Source: Nitrospinales bacterium (GTDB lineage Bacteria; Nitrospinota; Nitrospinia; Nitrospinales; VA-1). From it: 64,000 nt of DNA. Under the pieces are notes generated by a model. That model did no database searches. It saw only the letters and a program-made list of their open reading frames with translations, and was not told the origin of the DNA. The number at the start of each line of letters is the position of its first letter. The first letter of the stretch is position 1. Where the stretch lies: contig CBDCXL010000002.1 in NCBI GenBank assembly GCA_965223795.1, positions 320,001 to 384,000 of the forward strand, in the 5' to 3' direction. The translations under genes were made by a program, and so were the position numbers. Positions 43,637-52,669 of this stretch are shown here, in pieces.

Positions 43637-44044
43637 ATGGATTCCTTCGATTCCTATCTGGATAAAGCGTATGAAGAGCTCAATGAGGCCATCATGAAAG
43701 CCATCGTTTCATCGGAGGATGTCCGTGCGGTCCTGACCAATTTCAAAGAAAAGGACATGATCAGCAATCTTGCGGTGCTCAATCTCATCCTCAGCCTGGA
43801 AGAGTTGTCGGACCTGGTGTTCGGAAAAAATCAGAACAAGTACAAGTTCGAATCGGTGGAAGGCAACGAATCGGAACCCCGGCGCTTTGAAGCGACCCCG
43901 CCTTCTCAGGAACGACCCGAATCTTCTCCGCACCACATGGTCGATGGCAAGCGCCTGACCGAAAAGGAAATCCTGTTCGAACAGTTCTGTCAGGGCAACT
44001 TCGACATGGAAAAGTGGCTGAAGAAGGCCCGCATCAAACTCTGA
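43637..44044 (+). CDS. hypothetical protein
   Basis: GAGGAG RBS; ends FDMEKWLKKARIKL; GTG at 43631 is an alternative start. Confidence 0.75.
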   Translation: MDSFDSYLDKAYEELNEAIMKAIVSSEDVRAVLTNFKEKDMISNLAVLNLILSLEELSDLVFGKNQNKYKFESVEGNESEPRRFEATPPSQERPESSPHHMVDGKRLTEKEILFEQFCQGNFDMEKWLKKARIKL

Positions 44045-44103
44045 CTCTTTCGCAGAGGGCGGGATTGCTCACGGGATGCAACACTCCTTGTGATTGGGAA
44101 CCC

Positions 44104-44127
44104 TGCTTCGACAGGCTCAGCATGACA
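44104..44127. repeat. solo arm of the CTGAGCCTGTCGAAG REP family
   Basis: tgcttcgacaggctcagcatgaca, identical to the right arm at 61006-61029. Confidence 0.8.
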
Positions 44128-44186
44128 GTGCATCGGCTTGTGCAATGGCCTCCCGGTGGGAACGCACGGATGGGCGCTTCAGGAGG

Positions 44187-44369
44187 TCACTTGCGGTAGA
44201 TGTTGGCGTCGCAGGAGATGTACTTGATCTGCCTTAGGGGGATGACGAAGACGTCGTCGCCGGTGGTGATCTCAAACAGTTCGAGATCGTCGCTGAATCC
44301 GTGCTTTTCGGTGTTTTCCAGATTCAATTCCTCATTGTCCACAAACACCACCTTCAACCGGTACTGCAT
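44187..44369 (-). CDS. 60-aa hypothetical protein (small beta-rich)
   Basis: AGGAG RBS; host codon usage; follows the radical SAM-like gene. Confidence 0.7.
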   Translation of the reverse strand: MQYRLKVVFVDNEELNLENTEKHGFSDDLELFEITTGDDVFVIPLRQIKYISCDANIYRK

Positions 44370-44390
44370 GCAACGCTCCTATCTCGTGTC

Positions 44391-45596
44391 TCAGTTGGGC
44401 TGGGGCATCGCCTCGAACCGCTTCGACAACGGCTCACCCAGATAATCTTCCACGTAGTTTTTCAGATAGCCTTTTTCGTACAGCTTTTTGTTGGACAGGT
44501 TCGAGTTCACCCGGTTCAGCACTTTGAACGTGCAGCGCGGAAACCGGGCCTTGAAATCGTCGAATGAATATCCTGCGATGTCTTTTTCCTCGCCGCGCAC
44601 CGCCCGCTCCATGACCACGCGGGGGATGTAGACCCGTCTCTGGTCGCTCATTCTGCGGGCGATGTCGCTGAAGGTCAGAAGCGTCGTGCAGTTGGAATCG
44701 CCGCCGAGGGTGGCGTTGGGCACGTAGAGAAAGCGTGCGCGGTTTCTGCGGAACAGGGTCAGGATCTTGTAGACGTTTCCCGCCATCACCACGGTGTCCT
44801 TTTTGTCCAGCTCGCAGGTGTCGAACACTTTGAGGATCTTCTTGCGGTTCAAAAATGCGGTGATGTCCGACTCGGTGTGGATCATGGTGATGTTGGGCAG
44901 GTTCATGTCGTAGATCCGGCGCGCTTCGTCGGGCAAAAACTTCTTGCCGTAACGCATGAGCGCGGTGGTGTCCGGGTCGATGTACTTGAGCGGCGTCAGG
45001 CATCCCATCCACAGCAGGCAGTTGGGATTGACGGCGGCGATCCTGCGGGCGTCCTCGGACATGGTGCGGGGACCGAGGGAATAGAAGTTGGCGGAGGTCA
45101 CCGCCGGACCGTCGAGGATTTTGAGCACCTGATCGACGGCCGGACCGTTGGGCATGAGCTGTTTTCGCGGTTCGGCCAGCGTGATGACGGACAGTTCGAA
45201 ATTGATCCTCCCCGGATGCCTCTCGGCCAGCTTGTTGATACGCACGGGATCGACGTAGCCCACCGTGAACATGGTGATTTTTTTATCGGTGGTGTCCAGG
45301 AACTCCTCGATCCAGTCGAGCGTTTTGGGGTGCAGCGGAATGTCCGTCCATTCCATGTACTCGTTGCCCCCGAGCACCCAGGATTCGTCCTCATGGGTGG
45401 GGTATTTTTTGATCTCTCCCAGGATGAACTCCCAGTCTTCCTGCGTCGTTCTGGGAACGTCCATCGTATTGCGGTAACTGTGATCCTTTTCGTAGCAGAA
45501 GGTGCACTTCACCGGGCAGGTTTTCCCCAGGCTGATGGGGATTTTCCGGTCGCGAATCTCGGTGCTCAGGATGTTCCTAAGGGTTTGCTTGTCCAA
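44391..45596 (-). CDS. radical SAM-like protein, DUF512-related
   Basis: CPVKCTFC (CxxxCxxC); C-terminal VPNATLGGDSNCTTLLTFSDI resembles the DUF512 motif; TTG start. Confidence 0.75.
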   Translation of the reverse strand: MDKQTLRNILSTEIRDRKIPISLGKTCPVKCTFCYEKDHSYRNTMDVPRTTQEDWEFILGEIKKYPTHEDESWVLGGNEYMEWTDIPLHPKTLDWIEEFLDTTDKKITMFTVGYVDPVRINKLAERHPGRINFELSVITLAEPRKQLMPNGPAVDQVLKILDGPAVTSANFYSLGPRTMSEDARRIAAVNPNCLLWMGCLTPLKYIDPDTTALMRYGKKFLPDEARRIYDMNLPNITMIHTESDITAFLNRKKILKVFDTCELDKKDTVVMAGNVYKILTLFRRNRARFLYVPNATLGGDSNCTTLLTFSDIARRMSDQRRVYIPRVVMERAVRGEEKDIAGYSFDDFKARFPRCTFKVLNRVNSNLSNKKLYEKGYLKNYVEDYLGEPLSKRFEAMPQPN

Positions 45597-45611
45597 GGTT
45601 CCGGCTCCGCT

Positions 45612-45938
45612 TTACCAGTCTTTGAAAATCGCGAGCAGCTGTTCATCGATAGGAACCTGGGCCTGCTGTTCGTCGTCGAGATTCTGGATCAGGTGGTTGA
45701 GGTGGACCGCGGCGCATCCCATATAGGCGATGCTTTCCTGCTGCTTCTTGAAGCCCCCGGCCTTGAGTTTTTTCTCAAGCTCGGTGAGGTGGGTCTCTTC
45801 GAACATGTGGATGGACGATGTCTTTTTGAAGGCCTCGATCGCTTCCTTGAATTCCTTTTTTTCGTGCAGGTCGATGCCCATCTTGAGAAACTGCTGCGCC
45901 TCTCGGACTTCCTCCACGGTCACTGGTTGCTGTTCCAT
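45612..45938 (-). CDS. small helical hypothetical protein (TPR-like)
   Basis: GIDLHEKKEFKEAIEAFKK; first gene of a three-gene operon. Confidence 0.75.
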   Translation of the reverse strand: MEQQPVTVEEVREAQQFLKMGIDLHEKKEFKEAIEAFKKTSSIHMFEETHLTELEKKLKAGGFKKQQESIAYMGCAAVHLNHLIQNLDDEQQAQVPIDEQLLAIFKDW

Positions 45939-46188
45939 TCGTACGTGCCCTTATGTCAACATGCCGCGGCACCACGTCCAATTGCGGACGCACTGAACCG
46001 GCGGCGCCTTAAATTTCTTGATTTTATTCAGGTTCCCGGGAAAATCAGGGACATTGTATCATCCTTCGAGGAAGGATTGTCAAGGAAGCAATTTGGCGCG
46101 GACGGACGGCGGACGATCCGGGCTGGCGGAGCAACGGCTCCGGCCCGAAAGCTAGCCTGAAAAGGCGAAAATCGCAGAAAGGGAATCG

Positions 46189-46211
46189 TCCGCCTCCTTC
46201 AGGAGGCGGGA
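46189..46211 (-). terminator. hairpin after small lipoprotein gene
   Basis: ccgcctcct-tc-aggaggcgg perfect stem. Confidence 0.5.
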
Positions 46212-46231
46212 GTCCTGGGGATCGATTCGGA

Positions 46232-46360
46232 TTACTCTTTTTTCTCTTCGATATTATCCGGCTTCACCTGTTTGCCGTGAGGGAATTTCTGTTCCAGGCA
46301 GCCCGAGGTGGCCACCATAACGCAAAACATCATTGCCAGGAAAAGTGCTGCCTTTCTCAT
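46232..46360 (-). CDS. 42-aa predicted lipoprotein
   Basis: Below ORF-track cutoff: MRKAALFLAMMFCVMVATSG-CLEQKFPHGKQVKPDNIEEKKE; AAGGAG RBS; lipobox-like TSG-C. Confidence 0.7.
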   Translation of the reverse strand: MRKAALFLAMMFCVMVATSGCLEQKFPHGKQVKPDNIEEKKE

Positions 46361-46539
46361 CCCTTCTCTCCTTTAAAATAGAATGCGGGCCGGGCGAGCG
46401 GCCGCTCTCCCCGTAACCCTTGTTTTTTAAAAAGATTATTATCAACATTTATCTCAAAATTCAATGAATTTTTCATTTTTTTTCCTTACAATCGGCTCAC
46501 GGCGGTCAAAGGGATCGCCCCTGATTCCAGTCTGTTACG

Positions 46540-47346
46540 ATGTCGTTGCCCGCTGATCTCAACCCCGAAGCCATCACCGGCGGCCTGAACGCGCTCCGCA
46601 TCGGAAAACCGGTTCGCGTGTGTGAAACGGTCGCTTCGACGAACGACGCCGTCCGCGACGGTTTCGACGCAGGCGATACCGAGGGCCTGGTGGTGATCGC
46701 CGATGCCCAGTCTTCCGGGCGCGGGCGTCTGGGCCGCTCCTGGCTGTCCACGCGCGGGGTGGGCGTCTACCTTTCTCTGCTGCTCACGCCGGGCATCGAC
46801 AAGGAACACCTGCCGCAGCTCACGCTGATGGCGGGGGTGGCGGTGGCCGAAGCGCTGCGGGACAGCGGCGCGCCCTCCCCGCTTCTGAAATGGCCGAACG
46901 ACGTGCTGTGCGGAGGCAAAAAGCTGTGCGGGATTCTCTGTGAATACCACCAATGCAAAAACGGCGGCGAGGGCGTGATCCTGGGAATCGGCGTCAACGT
47001 CAATCACGCGCCGGAGGATTTCACCCACGATCTGCGATCCACGGCGACCTCGCTGCTCATCGAAACCGGCCGGCGCCACGACCGCGGGCGGGTGATCCGC
47101 ACCCTGCTTGCACGCCTGGATCAGGAATACGACGACTACCTGATGGGACGGCAGCCGGGGCTGGCGGAAAAATGGTCCCGCCATACGGATCTGTTCGGCA
47201 AATCCATCACGCTGACCCAGGGTGGCCGCGTCACCGAGGGCACAGCGGTGCGCCTCGATCCTTCCGGCAGGCTGGTGGTGCGCACGCTGGACGGTAAAGA
47301 GACGGCTTTCGATTCCGGAGAGGTCACGCTGACGCCGCCGGCCTGA
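46540..47346 (+). CDS. birA: biotin--acetyl-CoA-carboxylase ligase (no HTH domain)
   Basis: STND, QSSGRGRLGRSW, KWPND, KLCGIL, GIGVNV. Confidence 0.95.
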   Translation: MSLPADLNPEAITGGLNALRIGKPVRVCETVASTNDAVRDGFDAGDTEGLVVIADAQSSGRGRLGRSWLSTRGVGVYLSLLLTPGIDKEHLPQLTLMAGVAVAEALRDSGAPSPLLKWPNDVLCGGKKLCGILCEYHQCKNGGEGVILGIGVNVNHAPEDFTHDLRSTATSLLIETGRRHDRGRVIRTLLARLDQEYDDYLMGRQPGLAEKWSRHTDLFGKSITLTQGGRVTEGTAVRLDPSGRLVVRTLDGKETAFDSGEVTLTPPA

Positions 47347-47393
47347 CGCAGTCATTGCGCGGGTCAAACAAATGAGAAAAATGAACCGGCAAA

Positions 47394-47494
47394 TGTCACC
47401 CTGAGCTTGTCGAAGGGTGATGAATCATGCTTCGACAGGCCTGCCCTGAGCTGTCATCCTGAGCTTGTTGAAGGACGAAGGGCTCAGCATGACA
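47394..47494. repeat. REP-like inverted repeat with doubly nested copies in the right arm
   Basis: tgtcaccctgagcttgtcgaagggtg ... tgcttcgacagg[nested]ctcagcatgaca. Confidence 0.85.
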
Positions 47495-47551
47495 GATAAA
47501 GTCTGATGCGTAGACCCCTGCTGACTGAGAGCGCGTGTGTACAGCGCGGTG

Positions 47552-48058
47552 TCAAAACCTGCCGAACACACCGATGCCCAGGTGGATCTGCGGGTTGGAG
47601 CGCTGGTAGCCTTCCGGCCACAGATGGTATTCGCGCAGCTTGAGGCGGGGATACTCGTAGGTGATCTGGTCGAGCGAGCGGGTTTCGCTGCCGCTGACGC
47701 GGCCCGCGACGGTGATCCTGCGGCCCTTGGCGAACACGCTCTCTTCGAGGATCTGGTCGCTCTGCACCAGAAACCGGCCTTCGGTCTGATCGTTCAGCTG
47801 CGGTTCGAGGCGGTAGTCCAGCGGCCGCTGCAGCACGATCATCCAGCTTCCCGAGGCGTCGTTGCCCACGTCCACGATGGTGCCGCCGAGCACGACGGAT
47901 TTTTCCAGATAATTGTCCGTGTTGGTCTTCAAGTCCGTGAACACGACTTTGGTTTCGCTATCCTCCAGCACCTGCTTGGAGAGCACCGAAGCGCAGCCCG
48001 CAAGCAAAGCCAGCGCCACAATCGAAAACCATTTCAGCAAGGGAGCGTGCCTGTTCAT
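47552..48058 (-). CDS. Slp family outer-membrane lipoprotein
   Basis: LAG-C lipobox; VLGGTI, QRPLD, EGRFL, GRRITVAG, YEYP. Confidence 0.88.
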   Translation of the reverse strand: MNRHAPLLKWFSIVALALLAGCASVLSKQVLEDSETKVVFTDLKTNTDNYLEKSVVLGGTIVDVGNDASGSWMIVLQRPLDYRLEPQLNDQTEGRFLVQSDQILEESVFAKGRRITVAGRVSGSETRSLDQITYEYPRLKLREYHLWPEGYQRSNPQIHLGIGVFGRF

Positions 48059-48066
48059 GTCTGTCC

Positions 48067-48630
48067 TCACCAGTAAAAGGGGTGGCCCCAAAACGGGTGC
48101 CGGTGAAACGGATGATAATAAAACGGCGGGTAAAAGGGATCGTAATAATAAGGCGGATACTGGTACTCTTCCTCAAGATGCAGTTCGTCCGCCTCGATCA
48201 CGGGATACGTGTAATCCGCTTCGCCCAGTTTGCCTGTCTGCCCGCCGGCGATCCGGCCCGCGCCGATGACTTTGCGTCCCTTGGCGAACACCTCGCCTTC
48301 GAGGTAGCCCGGCTTGACGAACAGAAAACGGCCCAGGGTGGCGTCGCCGCCTTCGATGGTGCCGAATGAATCCACCGGTTTCTGCACCACCTCGATCTCG
48401 GACTTGTCGGGCAGATTGCGCGTCTCGACGATCTCTCCGCCCAGAATCACCCGCTTGCCGGACTGGCTTTCCGGGTTCTCAAACAGCTGGGGCAGGCTGA
48501 TCGTGGGATCGACGCTGTCGCGCGCCTGCTTGGACAGCGGATGGACGCAGCCCGCCAGCAGCAGGGCCCAAACAACCCACCACCGGGTCCCGCAGCTCAG
48601 GATACTCCTTCCTGGGGCAACACGAATCAT
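48067..48630 (-). CDS. Slp family outer-membrane lipoprotein (tandem paralog)
   Basis: LAG-C lipobox; VILGGEI, QKPVD, GRFL, YTYP; Tyr/Pro-rich tail. Confidence 0.88.
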   Translation of the reverse strand: MIRVAPGRSILSCGTRWWVVWALLLAGCVHPLSKQARDSVDPTISLPQLFENPESQSGKRVILGGEIVETRNLPDKSEIEVVQKPVDSFGTIEGGDATLGRFLFVKPGYLEGEVFAKGRKVIGAGRIAGGQTGKLGEADYTYPVIEADELHLEEEYQYPPYYYDPFYPPFYYHPFHRHPFWGHPFYW

Positions 48631-48906
48631 GATTTTTGATCGGAACAGTGAATATAGCAACCGTGTTTTCAAAGTACCATTTTTTCCGATTGCATCCAAT
48701 TTTTTACACAATATCATGCTCAACTGCCCGGTACGCCCGCCCGCGAACCGATTAGCACCCCCGTTTTCAGCGATTTGAACTACGCATCCCGGTTGCGGTT
48801 TCCTGCTCACACGCTGGCAACGGCTGCTTGAACCCCGGCGGAAATGAATATAAACTGATGATTATCAATCCTTAACCCCCGGGCTCCCTTCCGGCGCCTC
48901 CCGGTC

Positions 48907-49845
48907 ATGGCCGCGACGAAAAACTACTACAAAATCCTCGGCGTTGAAAAAAACGCCACCGCCGCCGAGATCAAAAAGCGCTACCGCGAACTCGCGAAAA
49001 AGCACCATCCCGACGCCAACAACGGCAGCAAAAAAGCCGAGAACAATTTCAAGATCCTGTCGGCGGCCTACGATGTCCTGAGCGATGAAAAAAAGCGGCG
49101 CGAGTACGACCGGCAGCGGGCCCGGCGGCCGCGGCCCTCGCGTTCCGGTCCGGGAGCCACGGGATGGGCCGATCCGGGAGCGGGCTTCAATTCCGGGTTC
49201 GGCGCGGAGCAGGAGCAAGGCTGGCAGACGCGTCAGGATTTCGGCGGCGGCGCGGCTGAGCAGGAGGAACCGGTCTACGATCCGGAGATGCCGACGCGCG
49301 GCTTCGACCTGCAGTTTCTCATCGACCTGCCGATCGAAACGGTGGCACTGGGCGGCACGGTGCCCTACAGCTATGAGAAGTACGTGCGCTGCGACGACTG
49401 CGAGGGCACGGGCCGCAGCAACGGGGCGGAGTGCGGCGTCTGCCGCGGCAAACGGCTGGTGGTGGAACCGGCGACGGTTACGGTCACCATCCCGCCGGGC
49501 GTGGCCGACCAGTACACGATCCGCATTCCCGACGCGGGCGGCGAAGGCAAAAACGGCGGCCCTCCGGGGGACCTGATGCTCAAGGTCAACACCTTGAAGC
49601 ACCCGCATTTCAAGCGGGTGAAGCAGGATATCCACACGCTGGTGGAAATTTCACGGGAGCTGGCCGAGAACGGCGGCCCGCTGGAGGTGGACACGCTGGA
49701 CGGGAAGCAGACCATCGAAGTGGAGGACGGCACGCTGACGGGCGAGGAGATGCGGATACCGGGCGGCGGCGCGGCGATCCTGTGGGGCAAAAAACGCGGC
49801 GACCTGGTGATCAAATTCAAAATCGTGGACGCAGAGACCGTATGA
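48907..49845 (+). CDS. DnaJ-class co-chaperone
   Basis: J domain with HPD; two CxxCxG repeats; DnaJ C-terminal domain. Confidence 0.9.
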   Translation: MAATKNYYKILGVEKNATAAEIKKRYRELAKKHHPDANNGSKKAENNFKILSAAYDVLSDEKKRREYDRQRARRPRPSRSGPGATGWADPGAGFNSGFGAEQEQGWQTRQDFGGGAAEQEEPVYDPEMPTRGFDLQFLIDLPIETVALGGTVPYSYEKYVRCDDCEGTGRSNGAECGVCRGKRLVVEPATVTVTIPPGVADQYTIRIPDAGGEGKNGGPPGDLMLKVNTLKHPHFKRVKQDIHTLVEISRELAENGGPLEVDTLDGKQTIEVEDGTLTGEEMRIPGGGAAILWGKKRGDLVIKFKIVDAETV

Positions 49846-50090
49846 AGCCGATCTATCTTTCCATTCTGTTTTTCACGCTGGCGGCGATCCTGATGCTGCT
49901 GGTGTTTCTCAACCGTCCGCGCGCCCGCGCAAAACCCGGGCCGCGTCCCAGGCAGCCTACCAAAGCCCTGCCGGCAAAACCTTCACGCGAGTCGAACGAA
50001 CGCCGCGAGCAGATCATCGCGTGGATCAAACAGGATCCTGAAAAGGTGAGCCAGGCGGTGCGTCAGTGGATGCGGCAGGAAAAACCCTGA
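49842..50090 (+). CDS. 82-aa single-TM protein with FliF C-terminal-like helix
   Basis: ATGA overlap with dnaJ stop; [23 protein letters not shown]...[19 protein letters not shown]. Confidence 0.65.
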   Translation: MKPIYLSILFFTLAAILMLLVFLNRPRARAKPGPRPRQPTKALPAKPSRESNERREQIIAWIKQDPEKVSQAVRQWMRQEKP

Positions 50091-50113
50091 ACAGATAAAA
50101 AAGGAAATCGGGA

Positions 50114-50896
50114 TCAGCCGCCCTTGGCCTTGCGCGCCCGAACCTCGGCGGCGTGCGCCTTGGCGCGTTTCAGCATGGCGGCTTTTTCTTCCGGAGTGCG
50201 GTCTTTCTTGGGAATCGGTTTGGGCGTGCTGCCGCTGGCGGCGGTTTTGGCCGGTTTGGGCGCCGCGGGTTTGGCCTCGGCCGCTCCGGCTTCGGCTTTT
50301 TCGGCAGGAGCCGATTCCGCGGCGGCGACGGGTTCGGGTTCCTTGCCGACAGGCGGAGGCGGCGCCTCCCCTTCCTTGCGCACCAGCCGCATGGAGGACC
50401 AGACGTCGGTGGTCGGGTACGCGGTGTCGATGCCGATTTTCAGGTCGAAACGGATGATCTTATCGTCGCTGCACTCGGTGATCCAGGTGCTGGCGGCGCT
50501 GCCCGCATCGAAGATGGGATCGATGGGATACAGGGTGCCGTTCTTGTCCATGCACTGCTTGGACTTGTCGACCAGCGTCGCCGCTTCCTTCTTGTTCGGA
50601 ATGCGCCAGTTGTCGTAACCCGCGAACTTTTCCTTGTTGACCTTGTCGACGTATTCCCGGTGCATGGCCCAGGTGTAGAACTTTTTGGTGTCGAGCCAGG
50701 CGTCGGTCTTTTTCCACATCAGACCGGTGTTGGGATCGGTGACCGTGCCGTCGCCGTTGTCCACCAGAGGCTCTTTGGGCTTCTCCTCTTTCTTGGCGGC
50801 CTTGGCTTTCGCCTTCACACCGGCTTTGGCGGACGCGGCCTTGGGAGCGGGCGTTGCGGGTTTGCTTTCTTCAGGAGTCGGTTGCGCTTCTGCCAT
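50114..50896 (-). CDS. DUF1566 (Lcl) domain protein with Ala/Lys/Pro-rich tails
   Basis: DNGDGTVTDPNTGLMW...FAGYDNWRIP...RLVR. Confidence 0.88.
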   Translation of the reverse strand: MAEAQPTPEESKPATPAPKAASAKAGVKAKAKAAKKEEKPKEPLVDNGDGTVTDPNTGLMWKKTDAWLDTKKFYTWAMHREYVDKVNKEKFAGYDNWRIPNKKEAATLVDKSKQCMDKNGTLYPIDPIFDAGSAASTWITECSDDKIIRFDLKIGIDTAYPTTDVWSSMRLVRKEGEAPPPPVGKEPEPVAAAESAPAEKAEAGAAEAKPAAPKPAKTAASGSTPKPIPKKDRTPEEKAAMLKRAKAHAAEVRARKAKGG

Positions 50897-50919
50897 TCTG
50901 TTTCCAGGCCCCCTAGACT

Positions 50920-51201
50920 TTACCGGGAAGGTTTGGACTGTGGCGTCCAGGAGGATCCTTCAAGCAACTGGTTCAAGTCTTTTCCGGTCTGGTTCAGCTG
51001 ACTCAGAATCTCCCCCAGCTCGGAGGTGGAAAACGAGTCCAGCCGGTCCATGAAAATCCGCCGGTAATCGGCGGCGTTTTTGCGGATCCATTCGACCACG
51101 CCGCTTTCGCCACCGTTCTCTTCCGACTGTTTTTTCCCCAGAAGATTGGTCTGGGACACCCGGATGATTTCGCAGATCAAATCGTCTTTGAGTCGGCTCA
51201 T
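50920..51201 (-). CDS. hypothetical protein
   Basis: GAGG RBS; MSRLKDDLICEIIRVSQ...WIRKNAADYR. Confidence 0.75.
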   Translation of the reverse strand: MSRLKDDLICEIIRVSQTNLLGKKQSEENGGESGVVEWIRKNAADYRRIFMDRLDSFSTSELGEILSQLNQTGKDLNQLLEGSSWTPQSKPSR

Positions 51202-51254
51202 TAGAACCTCTTTTGAACTCACCCTTTTGCGAATCGGACGCAAAAATGGTGGCT

Positions 51255-51283
51255 ACTGTATCTTTATTTTCAAACCTTGTCAA
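51255..51283 (-). promoter_or_regulatory. sigma-70-type promoter
   Basis: TTGACA-N17-TACAGT upstream of the 51201 gene. Confidence 0.55.
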
Positions 51284-51445
51284 TTTATAATCGCTGGAAC
51301 TCAAGCGGCAAAAAAACAATGGTTTGAATAAAAAATCCGTTTTCCAAATTCCTGCAGACCCTTTAATATATTTTATCTCAGAGCCCTAGCAGATAAAAGC
51401 GATTTGTTTGCGGCCCGATCTTATGGGAAACCCGAAAAAAGGACC

Positions 51446-52258
51446 TCAACCATCGGATTTCGGATCGAGCACGTCGCGCAGGCCCTCGCCGAGAAAATTG
51501 AAGGACAAAATGGTGAGAAATATCGCCAGCGAGGGGAACAGGATGAGGTGCGGGTAGAACTTGATCGCCTTCCAACCCTCGTTCGCCAGCGTGCCCCAGC
51601 TGCTGGTCGGCGGCTTGATGCCGAGCCCGATGAAGCTCAGGGTCGATTCCGACAGGATGGCCACGGGGATGCGGAAGCTCAGGGTGACGATCAGAAGCCC
51701 CAGGATATTCGGCAGGATCTCGCCGATCAGGATGCGCGGATGCCCGGCCCCCAGCGCCCGCGCCGCCTCGACGAAGGTGTATTCCTTGATACGGATCACC
51801 TCGCCGCGCACCAGCCGCGCCACGGTGACCCAGCTGACCAGCGTCAGGGCGATGAAGATCGCCGTCACGCCGCGTCCGAGCATCACGGTGATGAGGATGA
51901 TCATCAGCAGATCGGGCAACGCAAAGACCACATCGACGATGCGCATCATGACGTTGTCCACACGCCCGCCGAGGTAGCCGGAAACCGCGCCGTAAGCGGT
52001 GCCGATGAGGATCGCCAGGGCCGTGGTGGCGACGCCGATGAACAGGGAGACCTGGGCGCCGTAGATCATGCGCGACAACAGGTCGCGGCCGAGCCGGTCG
52101 GTACCGAGGAGATACTGCCCGCCCGGCGGCGCGAGGGTGTTGGCGGTGTCCTGCGCGTCGTAGGCGTACGGCGCGATCCACGGCGCGAACACGGCGGCGA
52201 ACGTGACGGCCAGCAGGAACAGCGCACTGATCTTCGAGGCCAGGGGCAGTTTCTTCAT
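51446..52258 (-). CDS. oppC: peptide ABC transporter permease (OppC/DppC)
   Basis: LGTDRLGRDLLSR, EAARALGA, LSFIGLG. Confidence 0.9.
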   Translation of the reverse strand: MKKLPLASKISALFLLAVTFAAVFAPWIAPYAYDAQDTANTLAPPGGQYLLGTDRLGRDLLSRMIYGAQVSLFIGVATTALAILIGTAYGAVSGYLGGRVDNVMMRIVDVVFALPDLLMIILITVMLGRGVTAIFIALTLVSWVTVARLVRGEVIRIKEYTFVEAARALGAGHPRILIGEILPNILGLLIVTLSFRIPVAILSESTLSFIGLGIKPPTSSWGTLANEGWKAIKFYPHLILFPSLAIFLTILSFNFLGEGLRDVLDPKSDG

Positions 52259-52267
52259 GCCTTGGGT

Positions 52268-52660
52268 TCAGAGCGGGTTGGGCGGATAGTGAAATTCATA
52301 CATTTTGTTGGATGCGGGCGCGCCTGGAGTCTCGACGCCCTGGTGCCGCGCCAGGTAATCGAGGATGCGGCGGCGCACGTCCGGTGTCAACGGCCCCAGA
52401 CCCTGTTTTTCCTGCATCCAGGTCAGGGTCTCGTCCCAGCGCTTGCGGCTCATGCGGTTCTGCACGATGATCGCCGCCGAATGGCAGGCGGTGCAGGTGT
52501 CGGCCACCAGTTCCCGGTCCACTCCCGGCGGCAGCCCGGCTCCTTCCTTCGCCTGGCTTGAATTCGTTACAGACAGACTGAGCGAAACGAGAACAAACAG
52601 AACGACGCAGCCAAACCATTTATTCGCCACTCTTCCGCAGCGTGTTTGCATGGACGTCAT
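52268..52660 (-). CDS. monoheme cytochrome c, SorB/SorU-like partner
   Basis: Signal/TM, CTACH, W..TL.WMQ, ILDYLA. Confidence 0.85.
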   Translation of the reverse strand: MTSMQTRCGRVANKWFGCVVLFVLVSLSLSVTNSSQAKEGAGLPPGVDRELVADTCTACHSAAIIVQNRMSRKRWDETLTWMQEKQGLGPLTPDVRRRILDYLARHQGVETPGAPASNKMYEFHYPPNPL

Positions 52661-52669
52661 CCTTTTGTC

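Noticed and set aside
46216..46240. GGGGATCGATTCGGATT as a tmRNA 5' end
   Set aside because: No tag reading frame or tRNA-like 3' end follows; the region overlaps the lipoprotein gene end.
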